NCBI RefSeq assembly: GCF_000315625.1
Contig: NW_005434593.1
Span: 254,915-318,914, forward strand
Reading direction: 5' to 3'
Source: Guillardia theta CCMP2712
Taxonomy: Eukaryota > Protista > Cryptophyta
Length of the DNA: 64,000 bases
Shown here: positions 36,713-47,205 of the stretch, piece by piece
Position numbering within the stretch: position 1 is the first letter of the stretch
Layout of the letters: each line of letters starts with the position of its first letter
The notes under the pieces: model-generated
What the model was told of the DNA's origin: nothing
Databases searched by the model: none
Seen by the model: only the letters and a program-made list of their open reading frames with translations
Program-made: the position numbers and the translations under genes

Positions 36713-36896
36713 GAGAAAAGAGGAACCTGGGTTCTAGTGGCGGATGTGCCTCGATGAAGCAGCCAGTCAAACACAGAAACAATCCCCTGGCGTTGTTATA
36801 TGTAAGGAGTGAGAGAGCAATGAGGAAGTCTGACTAGTTGAACGCTGAGCTTCCTGGATTCGGGGACATCTAAGACAAGTGTGAGAGGCAGGCAAA

Positions 36897-36943
36897 GTCA
36901 GTCGGTCAGTCAGTCAGTCAGTCAGTCAGTCAGTCAGTCAGTC
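36897..36943. repeat. (CAGT)n tetranucleotide microsatellite
   Basis: About 11 copies, one interrupted. Confidence 0.95.
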
Positions 36944-36961
36944 AAGTAGCTCCAGAGTTCT

Positions 36962-38526
36962 TCACCTGCAAGTAGCATGCGGATACATGAGACTGCGTTT
37001 GGGACATAACCCTCTTCCCCGTTGGACCTTTCGCACGCTGAGGAAACTCAAACCACACGAGCAGCAGCTGCACCTGTAGTTGTGCGGGTCTGACAGCAGA
37101 GATTGCTCGACGTCGCTGGATTCGAGCTCATGCTTGGCATAGGGAAGTTTGAACGTCTTGACGTTGCAAAGAAACCATGTTCCTATTACATGCAAGGTCA
37201 GTGCAGAGTTGCATGAGCCCTGTCTGCTCTCGCCTGTAATGAGCTGCAGAAATATTCGCAGCCCACCACTTGTGAAGAAAATTCGCTTCAGGAAAGCTTC
37301 AGGAACAAGAACTCAGAGAGCTATAGTCTTCTTACTTTTCCATCTACATTGTTGACAAGAAGATTTCTCATTGCTGTCACAACAAACTCTGATGTTCTTG
37401 TACAACTTTCATCACAAAGAGACGACAATCCCTCCTGATTGCTAATCAAACGCTGTAGAACATCTAGTCTACAAACGACCTTGAACGTGATCTTCAGACG
37501 AGTTATCAGCGCTCCAATGGCGCCGCTCACTGTCAGCTGTCTTTGTGCATACTCGTTCTGGAAGCTCAGATTTTGTACAGCAATAATCGCTTGCAGGACA
37601 ACATGTCCTGACACTTTCGCATCGTCTGCAGAATGTCAGGGTAGCGTTTGACACGTAAATAGCAAGTGACCGATGACGCGAACGATTTCTTTGTGACCAC
37701 TCGCATTGATGATTCTCTCTCCACGCTGTTCAGGATGACACCTGCATTTGTTTTTCAATCGTTTCCATCATTCCTACTGCGCAAAACGACATACATTGCA
37801 AGATTGCAAAGAATTCCTACACAACACTCGGCGACTTCAGGTGTTGCATACCTGTTCAGAAGTTCAGCATGAAAGCATCTAACAACATACACGTTATCAG
37901 TCTACTTGCTCCTCTCTGCCAGCGTTCTACAAACTTCCTCTACACTCCTGTTCTCCTTCAACGTAGCGAGCTGTAAACACATCGTCAGTTGAAGTTGAGG
38001 GAAGTTATTGTACAACCCTTCCAGTCTCTGAAGTCGAGCAGTTGTAGACTAGCCTGACCGTCACCTCGGCCAACTTTCTCCAATGCACTTCAAACGATCT
38101 TTCATTGATGATGCGCAGCAGCCGCAAGAATCTCCCGAGCAGCCCTGAACGGCTCTGATCACAACTAGCTCCTCCTCCTTCATCTGCTACTCCTCACCAC
38201 TGCTGACAACATGGTGTACCCCGGTCTCCGACGTCACCTACGGCAAGCACTCTTACACGCTCGATCGTCCCCATCTCAACCCCAACAACGGACATGTCGC
38301 AGAGCTCGAAGGCGATGGGTGGCTGCAGAGAGGTAGGCTGGTTTGAACCCTGCTCTGCTGTCACTCCCTCACATGATAGCCGCAAGCCCTCATCGTGTCA
38401 TGTTACCGCTTATCGTCAGCTTCTTGTCTACTTCCATCTGCTAGATCAGTCATGGGACTGCACCAGGGAGCAACAGGAGCGAACCAGCTCGAAGACTAAG
38501 TCAACTTCGCGGATTGCTTCTGCCAT
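36962..38526 (-). CDS. Hypothetical protein with armadillo-like repeats, multi-exon
   Basis: VVLQAIIAVQNLSFQNEYAQRQLTVSGAIGALITRLK and FVVTAMRNLLVNN are ARM-like; putative first exon MAEAIREVDLVFEL; 3' end uncertain. Confidence 0.55.
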
Positions 38527-38717
38527 GTTGATGGTGAGGAGAGGAGGAGACACGGAGGAGATAAAGTTCGTACGATCCTCCCCCTCCTCCCCCCTTACCT
38601 CCTCCTCCCTCCTCTCCCCTTCCCTGTTCTCCCCTCCTTATCCATCCCATCCCATCCCATCCCATCCCATCCTATCGTCCATTTGGCGACTTTTCTTTCT
38701 CAGTCTCCTACCTCACC

Positions 38718-38842
38718 TCTCCTGCTCTCTCCTGCTCTCTCCTGCTCCCTCCTGCTCCCTCCTGCTCTCTCCTGCTCTCTCCTGCTCTCTCCTGCTCCCT
38801 CCTGCTCTCTCCTGCTCTCTCCTGCTCCATCCTGCTCCCTCC
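38718..38842. repeat. (CTCCTGCTC[T/C])n 10-bp minisatellite
   Basis: About 12 copies. Confidence 0.95.
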
Positions 38843-39650
38843 TCTTCTCTCACCATCGCATAGCTCCTCCAAGGAGCCGTACGCCGCCATTGCGCCCGAT
38901 CGCCCCCTTTCCATGGGAACCCGCAGAAAGAAAATTTTGAAAAGTTGAGCCGGGGTATCGGAGTAGGGAGGGAGGGACCGCGTGGAAGGAGGAGGAGGAG
39001 CAGGAGGAGGAGGGGGAGGAGGAGGAGGAGGAGGAGGAGGAGGAGGAGGGAGGGAAGGAGGGAGGAGGTGCCAGAGGGCAGGGAAGAAGTAGCAGGGAGC
39101 CAGGGGGGGGGAGGAGGGGGAAGAGAAAAGCCAGGGGGGGGCGGGGGGAGGAGGGGGGAAGCCAACGTTCAGAGGAAGGGCGGCAGACAACTGCGGCGAG
39201 ATGGAGCAAGAAGCATGTTCACAAAAATGGCGGGAAACGGAGGGAAGGGACGAGGAGAAGGTGAGGAGAGAGAGAGGGAGAGGGGAGAGAGGAGGCGAAG
39301 GGAGGGAGGGGAAAGAAAGGGAGTGAAGGGCGGGAAGGGAAGGGGAGGGGAGGAGGGGAGGAGGGGAGCGGGGGACGAGATTTGCGTGGTTTCCTTCCTC
39401 CATACCCTTCTAGCCTACAAAGCAATCTCTTCCTCACCTATTCTTTCCCTTCCCTTCTACTCCCTCCCCTTCTCTCACAGCTTCTACCCTCACCACTTCT
39501 CCCCCACATTCTACCTCTTCACATGAAACCATAAGGAAAACTCTCGTTGCGCACGGGTAGACTTGTGTCAAGATAGCACGAAAGGAGAAGTTCTTATTCA
39601 AGATCTCAGAGAAGTAAGAAATACACGGGAGGAGACAACAACAGCCGCTA

Positions 39651-40717
39651 TCAAGCCTTGAGCACGCTTTGTATATCCTCAGAATTCATCGATCCAATCA
39701 TCTGCCCCACCATTTCACCCTTGCAGCCAACAAGACAATATCGAGCTCACCGTCATAAACTCAGCATCCCTGTAGTCTTTGATCAACATCTTACAACCAA
39801 CCTGCCCAGCCCGTCACCGCCATACCCGCCAGCAGGCAGCAACTCTTACCGATGTCAGTGTGTCCGCATGCTGACTTGTCAAAATCCCAACTGTGAAGGC
39901 TCCCGACTTGACGCCAGCCGTCGCTCCTGACGGCGAGTCTTCCACCACCACTGTCTCCTCCGGCTTCAGCCCCAGTCGCTCCATCGCGATCTGGTAGGGC
40001 ATCGGGTCGGGCTTGGCCTTCTTGCACTCGTCCCCGATGACGATGGTGTCAAACCAGTCCAGCCTTCCCAGCACTGACAGCATGAACTCTGCGTTCTTGC
40101 GCGGGGCGTTGGTGACAGCAGCCTTTTTGATCCCTGCCTGGTCGAGGAAGTGGAAAATCTCCTGCAGGCCTAGGATAGGATCAGCACACAGGAGGAGGGG
40201 GCATGCAAGGGAAGATCGGGGGACCTTCAATGGGTTTCAGCTTGCCTACTGCCATCTCTCTGAATCTCGCTTCCTTCATCTCACTCCATCGCTCGGCCTG
40301 CTCCACCGTCCAGTGCGGGAAGAGGTCCTTGCAGATAAGCGCGTTCTGCCGTCCTGCTATCATGGTGCGAAAGAAGTGCTCGTCGATGGGTTTGCCGCCA
40401 TTGATCCCCTCCTTCATCAACAGCTCCTGGAAGACTTCAAAGTGCACAGGATCAGAGTCGCACAGCGTCCCATCCACGTCGAACAGGATGCCTCGGACGG
40501 CTCCAGGACCTGAAGCAGCTTGAACCGCCGTTCGGGTCATCTTGAACCAGGGATGCCGCAGGGAGGGCGGCGGCTGCAAGGAAGGAGGAGAGGACCTGAG
40601 AGAGTGGGGAGGAGGAGGAGGAGGAGACTGAGGAACGAAGCTCTCTACAGCTGCCAGGCTGGCGCATAGCAGCAGCAGCACCCGGCCCCTCCGTGCACCG
40701 CCTGCATTCCCCGACAT
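39651..40717 (-). CDS. HAD-superfamily phosphatase (subfamily IA, plant Sgpp-like) with a bipartite plastid-targeting leader
   Basis: GILFDVDGTLCDSDPVH, AAVTNAP, KPDPMPY, VEDSPSG..AG motifs; signal peptide ending AVES-F followed by a S/P/R-rich transit-like segment; last exon ...EDIQSVLKA*. Confidence 0.9.
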
Positions 40718-40759
40718 ATAAAGGTGGGTGAACCCTCATCCCCACCTAGTTTGGAGTTT

Positions 40760-40865
40760 CACTGAGTCAGCTGTGAGTCAGTAGCAGGCCAGAGCAGGCC
40801 AGGTAGCAGGCCAGAGCAGGCCTGGTACCAGGCCAGTAGTCTGAGTCAGTTCACGGATGAGTCCT
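40760..40865. promoter_or_regulatory. Proximal promoter with three TGAGTCA sites and AGCAGGCC repeats
   Basis: TGAGTCA at 40763, 40774 and 40842; four AGCAGGCC copies; palindrome GGCCTGGTACCAGGCC; 45-150 bp upstream of the HAD ATG. Confidence 0.55.
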
Positions 40866-41018
40866 CCCCGACGGACGCTGATCGGAGCGGCCAGAGCCTT
40901 GGCCAACACTCAGTTTTTCCTGCAGAAGTTCCTGTGCAGAGTGAGTCCGATCCAACAGCTTCCATGTTTCTTCATTGATTAATATTTCTTAAACAACAGT
41001 ACAGGAGGGGCTTGACCT

Positions 41019-43609
41019 CTATTGGTTGGAACTCTCGCTCCACTCTATTCCTGGCACGCTCTGCCTAGCGACTTGACAGGCTCTCATGATCGGAGTCAGG
41101 ACAGTCAGCGCCTGCAACGACGGAACAAGTCAGTGTCCATTGAACAACAGCCAGACACAGCGAGGAAGGCGGAGGGATGTTTTGTCAGAACGATGAGGTA
41201 TTGGAGAAGGACGAGGTATTTGAGGAGGAGGAGGAGGAGGACACATACCTTCTCTTTGGCAAAGTCGAGCCTCCTGGATCCCTCGAGAGAACGTCTGAGC
41301 TGCGATATCTTACCCATGACATGCACATCCTTCCGATGGGACTTGAGCATGCTCTGGAAGTCTGACTTTGAACCACCCTTGTGACAGGGCCAGAGCGAAG
41401 GCCGAGATCGCATGTCCTCGTTGAACTCGTCCTCTTGCGCAAAGTCGTAGACAAAGATGACTCGCTCCAGCCTTCCCCACTCGTCGAAATCTCGGATCGT
41501 GGTGACTTTGACTATCATTCCGTCCACTTTCCCGCCCACTCTCCCGATGATGGGCCAGTACCGCACGGTGTTCTTGGAGGTGCAGGACGAGCAGATGTCC
41601 AGGAGGATAGTCAGGTAGTCCAGCTCAGACCAAGGGAGGTCGACCTCGTTGCGCAGGAAACGGCATTTGAACTCTTCATGGTGGAGCCCAAAGAGGTGAC
41701 TGAGCGTTGGCCCGAACCGACATCCAGCTCTGTCCCCTGTGCTCTTGTTAGTCTCGAAGGCGATCCATCGGTCGTGCCCGAATCTTGATTGGAAGCTGTT
41801 GTAGATGTCTTGGGAGGACTCCTCCAAGTCACCGGGCTTCGCCGAGGATTGAGTGAGGAGCTTGTTGTTGGCTCGGGTGGACTGCAAGCGAACGAGAAAG
41901 CTCAGATCTGAGATCCCATCGTTGAGAACCTTGAGGAGATCGTTGGGCAGGTTCTTGAACAGTTTGAGCAGAGTGCTCGAGTGGCATCCGAACTCCCAAG
42001 ACCGTTTCATCATCATCGGGTTGATGCCGATGACCGTCGAAGCTTGCAAAAGTGCTTGAAAGTCCGGACTCTTGGCGTCCTCAAACGTCATCGAGCAATC
42101 AAGTGACAGCGGGCACTCGATACTCTCCGGGGTGAGGAAGCTCACGTTTCCGTTAACCTTCGCGTCGCACTTCGATCCAACTCCCCGCAGCAAACAGTTC
42201 CCACAGGGCAGCAAGCCGTTGCATCTCTGCTTCTTCCTCCTACACTCACTGCATGCTCCGTTGGTCAGCCTTGACGGCCTCGTCCTCGCCTTGGAGCTTG
42301 TCAACGTTGGAGGTGGTCCAAGCAGCAAATCGAAGTTAGAATGAGGCTGCATTGCAGATTCGTGCAATACATTCAAATTATTCCAAGAGTTTTCAAGTCC
42401 CCTGACACCAACAGGATAGCCGACAGTTTGATGATAGGTGACGTCACCATATTCCACCATCTGAGCAGCATTCGAGAAATGCCCGTTTGAGACTGCAGAG
42501 TGTTTGATCAGACAAGCCTCGAAAGTGTTGGGTGCCCCACTCTCGAGAGAGGTGGAGAAACGTAGAGCAGGATTTGTCCCGGTGAAGAACTGATCCGAGT
42601 GGCCATAGTTTTCAACACACTGCTGGTCAAGCCCTTGAAATCCATCCTCATTTTCGTTGGCCACAGGCGTGAAGATTGAGCTGAGGCCGACCTGGTTCAA
42701 TTCTTGACAAGCATGAAATGGCGAAACGGAGAGGGGAGAGGCTGAAGGTGGCGCGTTGAGGGAGGAGCCGCTGCCAGAACAAGAACTGATGCTCGCAGAA
42801 CTCTGAGAGCCTTGCATGAGAGAGCTCGGCGTAGACTGACGCTCGAAAGATTCTTCCGTACACGAAGAGAGCCAATCTGAAGAAGGACTCGAGCGACAGT
42901 CGACAGGTCGGGCGATCTCCGAAGCGCCAACGTAACTGGTTTTGGTGTAGCTAGAAGCATTGTCGTTCGCTGATATCGAAAATGTCGTGAGCGCTGAGCT
43001 GTGCGGTGGTTCTGAAACATGGTCGAAATGGAATTGCGATGAACTGTTGGGTACATTATTTCCATCTGGCACGGCGAAGGGAAGCGGGCCAGGCTCGAAA
43101 ATCGCGGGGGTGTACGTTGGAGCAGGGACGGCAACAGAGGAAGAGGAGGAGAAATATTGATCGTTTGCAAATGGTTGATTCATCGGTTGTGGGGAGGGAT
43201 CCTCGTCGGCAGTGATCTGTCCGGGCACAAACTGAGTTGTAGGGACTTGCTGGGGAAAGGGGTAATTTGCTCCGAACTGGTACGGTGCTCCATACAAACC
43301 ATGCTGGACAGGGTCTGATGCTGCGAGTGGCTCATGGTAAAATGGTGGTGCCAGTGAGAAATTCGCACCATTTTGTGATGAAACTTCGAACGCCGTGGCA
43401 TTGTTCGTCGGCATATGCGGTATATTCCCATCATGATTGTTCTGGCAGGGATTCCATTGATCTGGCTGTGTCTCTGGCCACTGCAACCCTTGGTAGAGGT
43501 TTGGTTCAAGCACTTGAGAGTGAGTTTCAAGGTAGGGTAAGTTGGCTCGATGTACAACATTATCTTCATCAGTGCTTGGATAAACTGTGGGATGAACGTT
43601 GGTGTTCAT
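41019..43609 (-). CDS. Zn(II)2Cys6 (GAL4-type) binuclear cluster transcription factor
   Basis: ACSECRRKKQRCNGLLPCGNCLLRGVGSKC fits CX2CX6CX5CX2CX8C; long P/Q/S-rich N-terminus; terminal intron and last exon ALTVLTP...SSNQ*. Confidence 0.9.
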
Positions 43610-44079
43610 CTCAATCTGTTGCAATTATACTGTATGATTCCTTGTATGCATGCGAGCAAGAATACTGTTGTGAATTCCTGAGGTAAAAACATTTCAGACA
43701 AACTCTACAGATAAATCAAGCATTCAAAGGATAACAACTGCACGATGGCTAAGCGACAGCAAACCATGTTCCCTCCCTGACACTAGGGGCACTTCCTGGT
43801 TCAGTTCTCCTTTTCCATCTCTTGATGCACTTTAACCGAATCTCGAAAGCTCGTCTAAACATCATCCCTCCTCTTCCTCAGCCCCTTTGACCTAGCTGAT
43901 CATTCTAACTCTCCTCCCTCCTCCCTCCTCCCTACTCCCTCCTCCCTCCTCCCTCCTCCCTCCTCCATGTGACCCTCGCTATTGATGTAACTTTCGCCAT
44001 ACCCACTATTTTATCTTGACAACACTGAAATAATGGACCAAGATTTGAAAATTAATGGATATCGTCCAAAATGGTTCAA

Positions 44080-44410
44080 ATATCTGTGGGTGCCTCCCTT
44101 ATTATTGTACCCCTTCTTTCTCCACGTTTCCGAACAAAAAAGCTAGAGGGGGGGTGGGGGTCCCAGATATCTATCTTCAGAGTCACTTATCAATCCGTAC
44201 CCTACCCCACTTATTCCATGCTACCTGCCTATGAAAGGTACCCCTACCACCGGTCAGTCCCGCTTTTTACTACAGCCGTTTCCGATGAGTGACCAACCGA
44301 GTTGTCCTCGTACTGATTTTTAACTTAACTTTGAGTAAAGTAGGTCTGAGACTGTCACTGAAACCGGGCCCGGGGGGACAGGCCCCGGGGATATGCCTGA
44401 GGCGGGCTAG
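44080..44410. promoter_or_regulatory. Divergent promoter module between the Zn2Cys6 and fucosyltransferase-like genes
   Basis: GTACCC(C) three times at 44105-44245; TCCTCGTACTGATTTTTAACTTAACTTTGAGTAAAG at 44305-44340; CCGGGCCCGG block. Confidence 0.55.
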
Positions 44411-44414
44411 CGCC

Positions 44415-45841
44415 ATGGTGCGAACAACATCCACCAGCGCCCTGCTGATATGCTGCCTGCTGCTGGCGATGCCAGGAGGAGGAGCGAGGGGGGAAGAGAC
44501 TGATCTCCTGCTCGCAGCTACTTCTAGCTCCAGCCTCTTCGAGCTGTACTCGCAGCATCATCGTGCGGCCCTGGAGGAGGCTCGAACGAACCCTCGCGCT
44601 GCAAGGATCCTGGTGTGCCAGCCATTGTACGGGCTAGCAAACCGGCTGAGGGCGATGATGAGCTGCTTTGTGATTGCTCTTGCAACCAACCGCATCATGT
44701 TTGTAGACTGGGAGCACCAGCACACGAAGTTCTACGAGAAGGAGATCCGAGACATGCCTGGCGGGCAGCCAGCCCGACTAGGAGATCTGCTGGAACCCCC
44801 CGGGTTTGCGTGGGATGCGCAAGATGCACGAGGTCTCATCTCGGAGCGCTTTTCCAGTGGGAAAGTGCTCCACCTTGCGGATGACGTGGAGAGGGACGAG
44901 ACGCTCTTGTGCCGGAACATATCGTCCGCCCTGTCGCAGTATGACGTGGTCACCTTGAAGACCTACTTCTGGTGGGAGCTTGCCCTTCACAACCCTCTGT
45001 ATGAGGAGAAGTTTGCGAGGATAGCGGGAAGGGACGAGATCGGTGTGATAAACATCTGGAAGGAACTTGGCCCGAGGCTGTTCCGACCTGTGAAGGAAGT
45101 GCGAGTGATGATGTCAGGTATGGACTTGTACTGAGGTGCTGCTGCTGCCGCTCTGACACATTGTTCGATGACTGACTGGGCAGCGTTGGAAAAGCTCTTC
45201 CTCCCCGACCGGCTCAAGGTCGGGCTCCACATCCGCATGGGAGGGAACTGGTTCGACCAGGCGGACAAGCATCCAAGGGGAGACAAACTACCAGTTGAAA
45301 TCGCCAAGTGCTCGATCGCTGTCATACCAAGGGAGCGCCGGGAGGAGCCAGTGACTTACTTCCTTGTGCGGCTGATCTTGTCCGTGTGCTCTCTGCCTTG
45401 ACTGATTGGCAGGTCTCTGACAACTCGACAGCAAAGTCGATGGCGAGATACGTGCTGGCCAGCGGGGAGAGAGGAGAAAGAGCTCGCTGCTCCTTGCTGG
45501 AGGACGACTGTCTGGCGAGCATCCCAATGAGCAGGGAGGAGAGGACGGCCGTTGCTCTCCTCAACGTCCGATCGCATGCTCATGGCCACGGCCCTCTCGA
45601 GCATGACGCCTGCAGCAGGTGAGGGTCTTTGACTATCGCAGCGGCTCCAGGATCGTCATGCTGGGTGAGGAGCGGGAGAAGGAAGAGGGGGCTCTGATAG
45701 AAAGGCAGATGGGCAGGTCAACCGAGAGTCAGTGTTCGACGTGAAGATCGCAATGGCAGAAGTAGCTCTTCCTCTCCCTCTGTGCTCCCATGTCCTCCTG
45801 TTCGCTGATGACTTTCTGCAAGCCCCTCAACAACATCACAC

Positions 45842-45891
<50 letters not shown>

Positions 45892-46701
45892 TCTTCCTCT
45901 CGATCTTGTCCTCACTTTCCTCACCCTCCTCGCCCTCGTCCTCCTGGACCTTGTCCTCCTCTGCATCCTCCTCGTCCACTTCCCTCTCTTCCTTCTCACT
46001 CACTGCAATGCCTCTCTTTCTCTTCACCTGCCTCACGACTTTCGCAGATGTTTGCTATGTCCAAGGTGGACAGGCTGGTACGCAGCACGGGCTCAACCTT
46101 CATGACTGTAGCGTACTCCTTCCTCCCAAAACCAACTTGGTAAAAAGAAGCCCTCCTGCCCCTGCCCCTGCCCCTGCCCCTGCTCCTGCCCCTGCCCCTG
46201 CCCCTGCCCCTGCCCCTGCTCCTGCCCCTGCCCCTGCCCCTGCCCCTGCCCCTGCCCCTGCCCCTGCTCCTGCCCCTGCCCCTGCCCCTGCTCCTGCCCC
46301 TGCTCCTGCTCCCTCCTCGGCCCCTGCTCCCTCTTGCTCCCCTCCTCTTGCCACGGCCCCTGCTGCTCGTGCTAAGACGAGGAGGAGGTACGTCGAGGAA
46401 AGGAGCCTCAACTGCCACAAACAAGCGACAAACGAGCCCATGGCGCTCGGCAACAGCGATGCGATCATCAACCAAGTGGCAACGTGAGGAGGAGGGGGAG
46501 GTGGAGGAGAAAGGGGACCGGGAGGAAGAGGAGGAGCACGAGGCGAAGGAGGGAGGAGGAGGAGGAGCGCGAGGAGGAGGAGGAAGAGGAGGAAGGAGCA
46601 GGAGGGAGGAGGAGGAGATAGCTGAGCGTGTAAACAGGTCAACAAGCTGTTTCAACCCCAAGACCATGATCACCTTTCCGTGGATTGCTAGCCCGACATA
46701 G
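44415..46701 (+). CDS. Fucosyltransferase-like glycosyltransferase (GT37/GT23-type), multi-exon
   Basis: Signal/anchor; YGLANRL..FVIALATNRIMFVDW, VGLHIRMG, YFL.SDN, MFAMSKVDRLVRSTGSTFMTVA, C..ATNEP. Confidence 0.8.
46153..46312. repeat. Intronic (CCTGC[C/T])n hexamer repeat
   Basis: About 26 copies. Confidence 0.95.
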
Positions 46702-46798
46702 CGGGAAAGCGCCAGGAATGGGAGCTAGATCAGGGCAAGGGCATCGGGCGGCTTTAGGAGCAAAAACAGGAGGTTTGGCAGCAGCAGGATAGACGAAT

Positions 46799-46852
<54 letters not shown>

Positions 46853-46896
46853 ATAGAGCAGGAGCAGGACTTAGAGCAGGAGCAGGAGCAGGAGCA
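46799..46896. repeat. (GGAGCA)n hexamer repeat between convergent genes
   Basis: About 15 copies with two interruptions. Confidence 0.9.
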
Positions 46897-47205
46897 GCAT
46901 GGGGAGGAAGAGTTGTACAATAGAATGATTGCCTATGATTGGGAAGCCTTGGGCTCAATCCCATGATGGGATCAGGAAAGTCTGAGAAACAGGAGGAGGA
47001 GGAGGAGGAGAAGAGCTGGAGGAGGAGGAGGAGGAGGAGGAGGAGAAGGAGGAGGAGGAGGAGGAAGAGTGATTGTATCGGTAGCAGCAGGACGGGATCG
47101 CAGAGGGGGGAGGAGGAAGGAGGAGATCGACACTGGGAGATTACATGAAACTTTACATGGCAAAACAATAAGACATGAAGACAAAACCCCCAACAGCCCC
47201 CTCCC

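Noticed and set aside
38194-38275. MGTIERVRVLAVGDVG resembling a small GTPase N-terminus
   Set aside because: No GKS/T follows and no G3-G5 motifs are seen; the stretch probably runs into an intron of the ARM-like gene
45732-46487. (PA)n- and poly-S-containing ORF as a separate gene
   Set aside because: The repeats lie in introns of the fucosyltransferase-like gene
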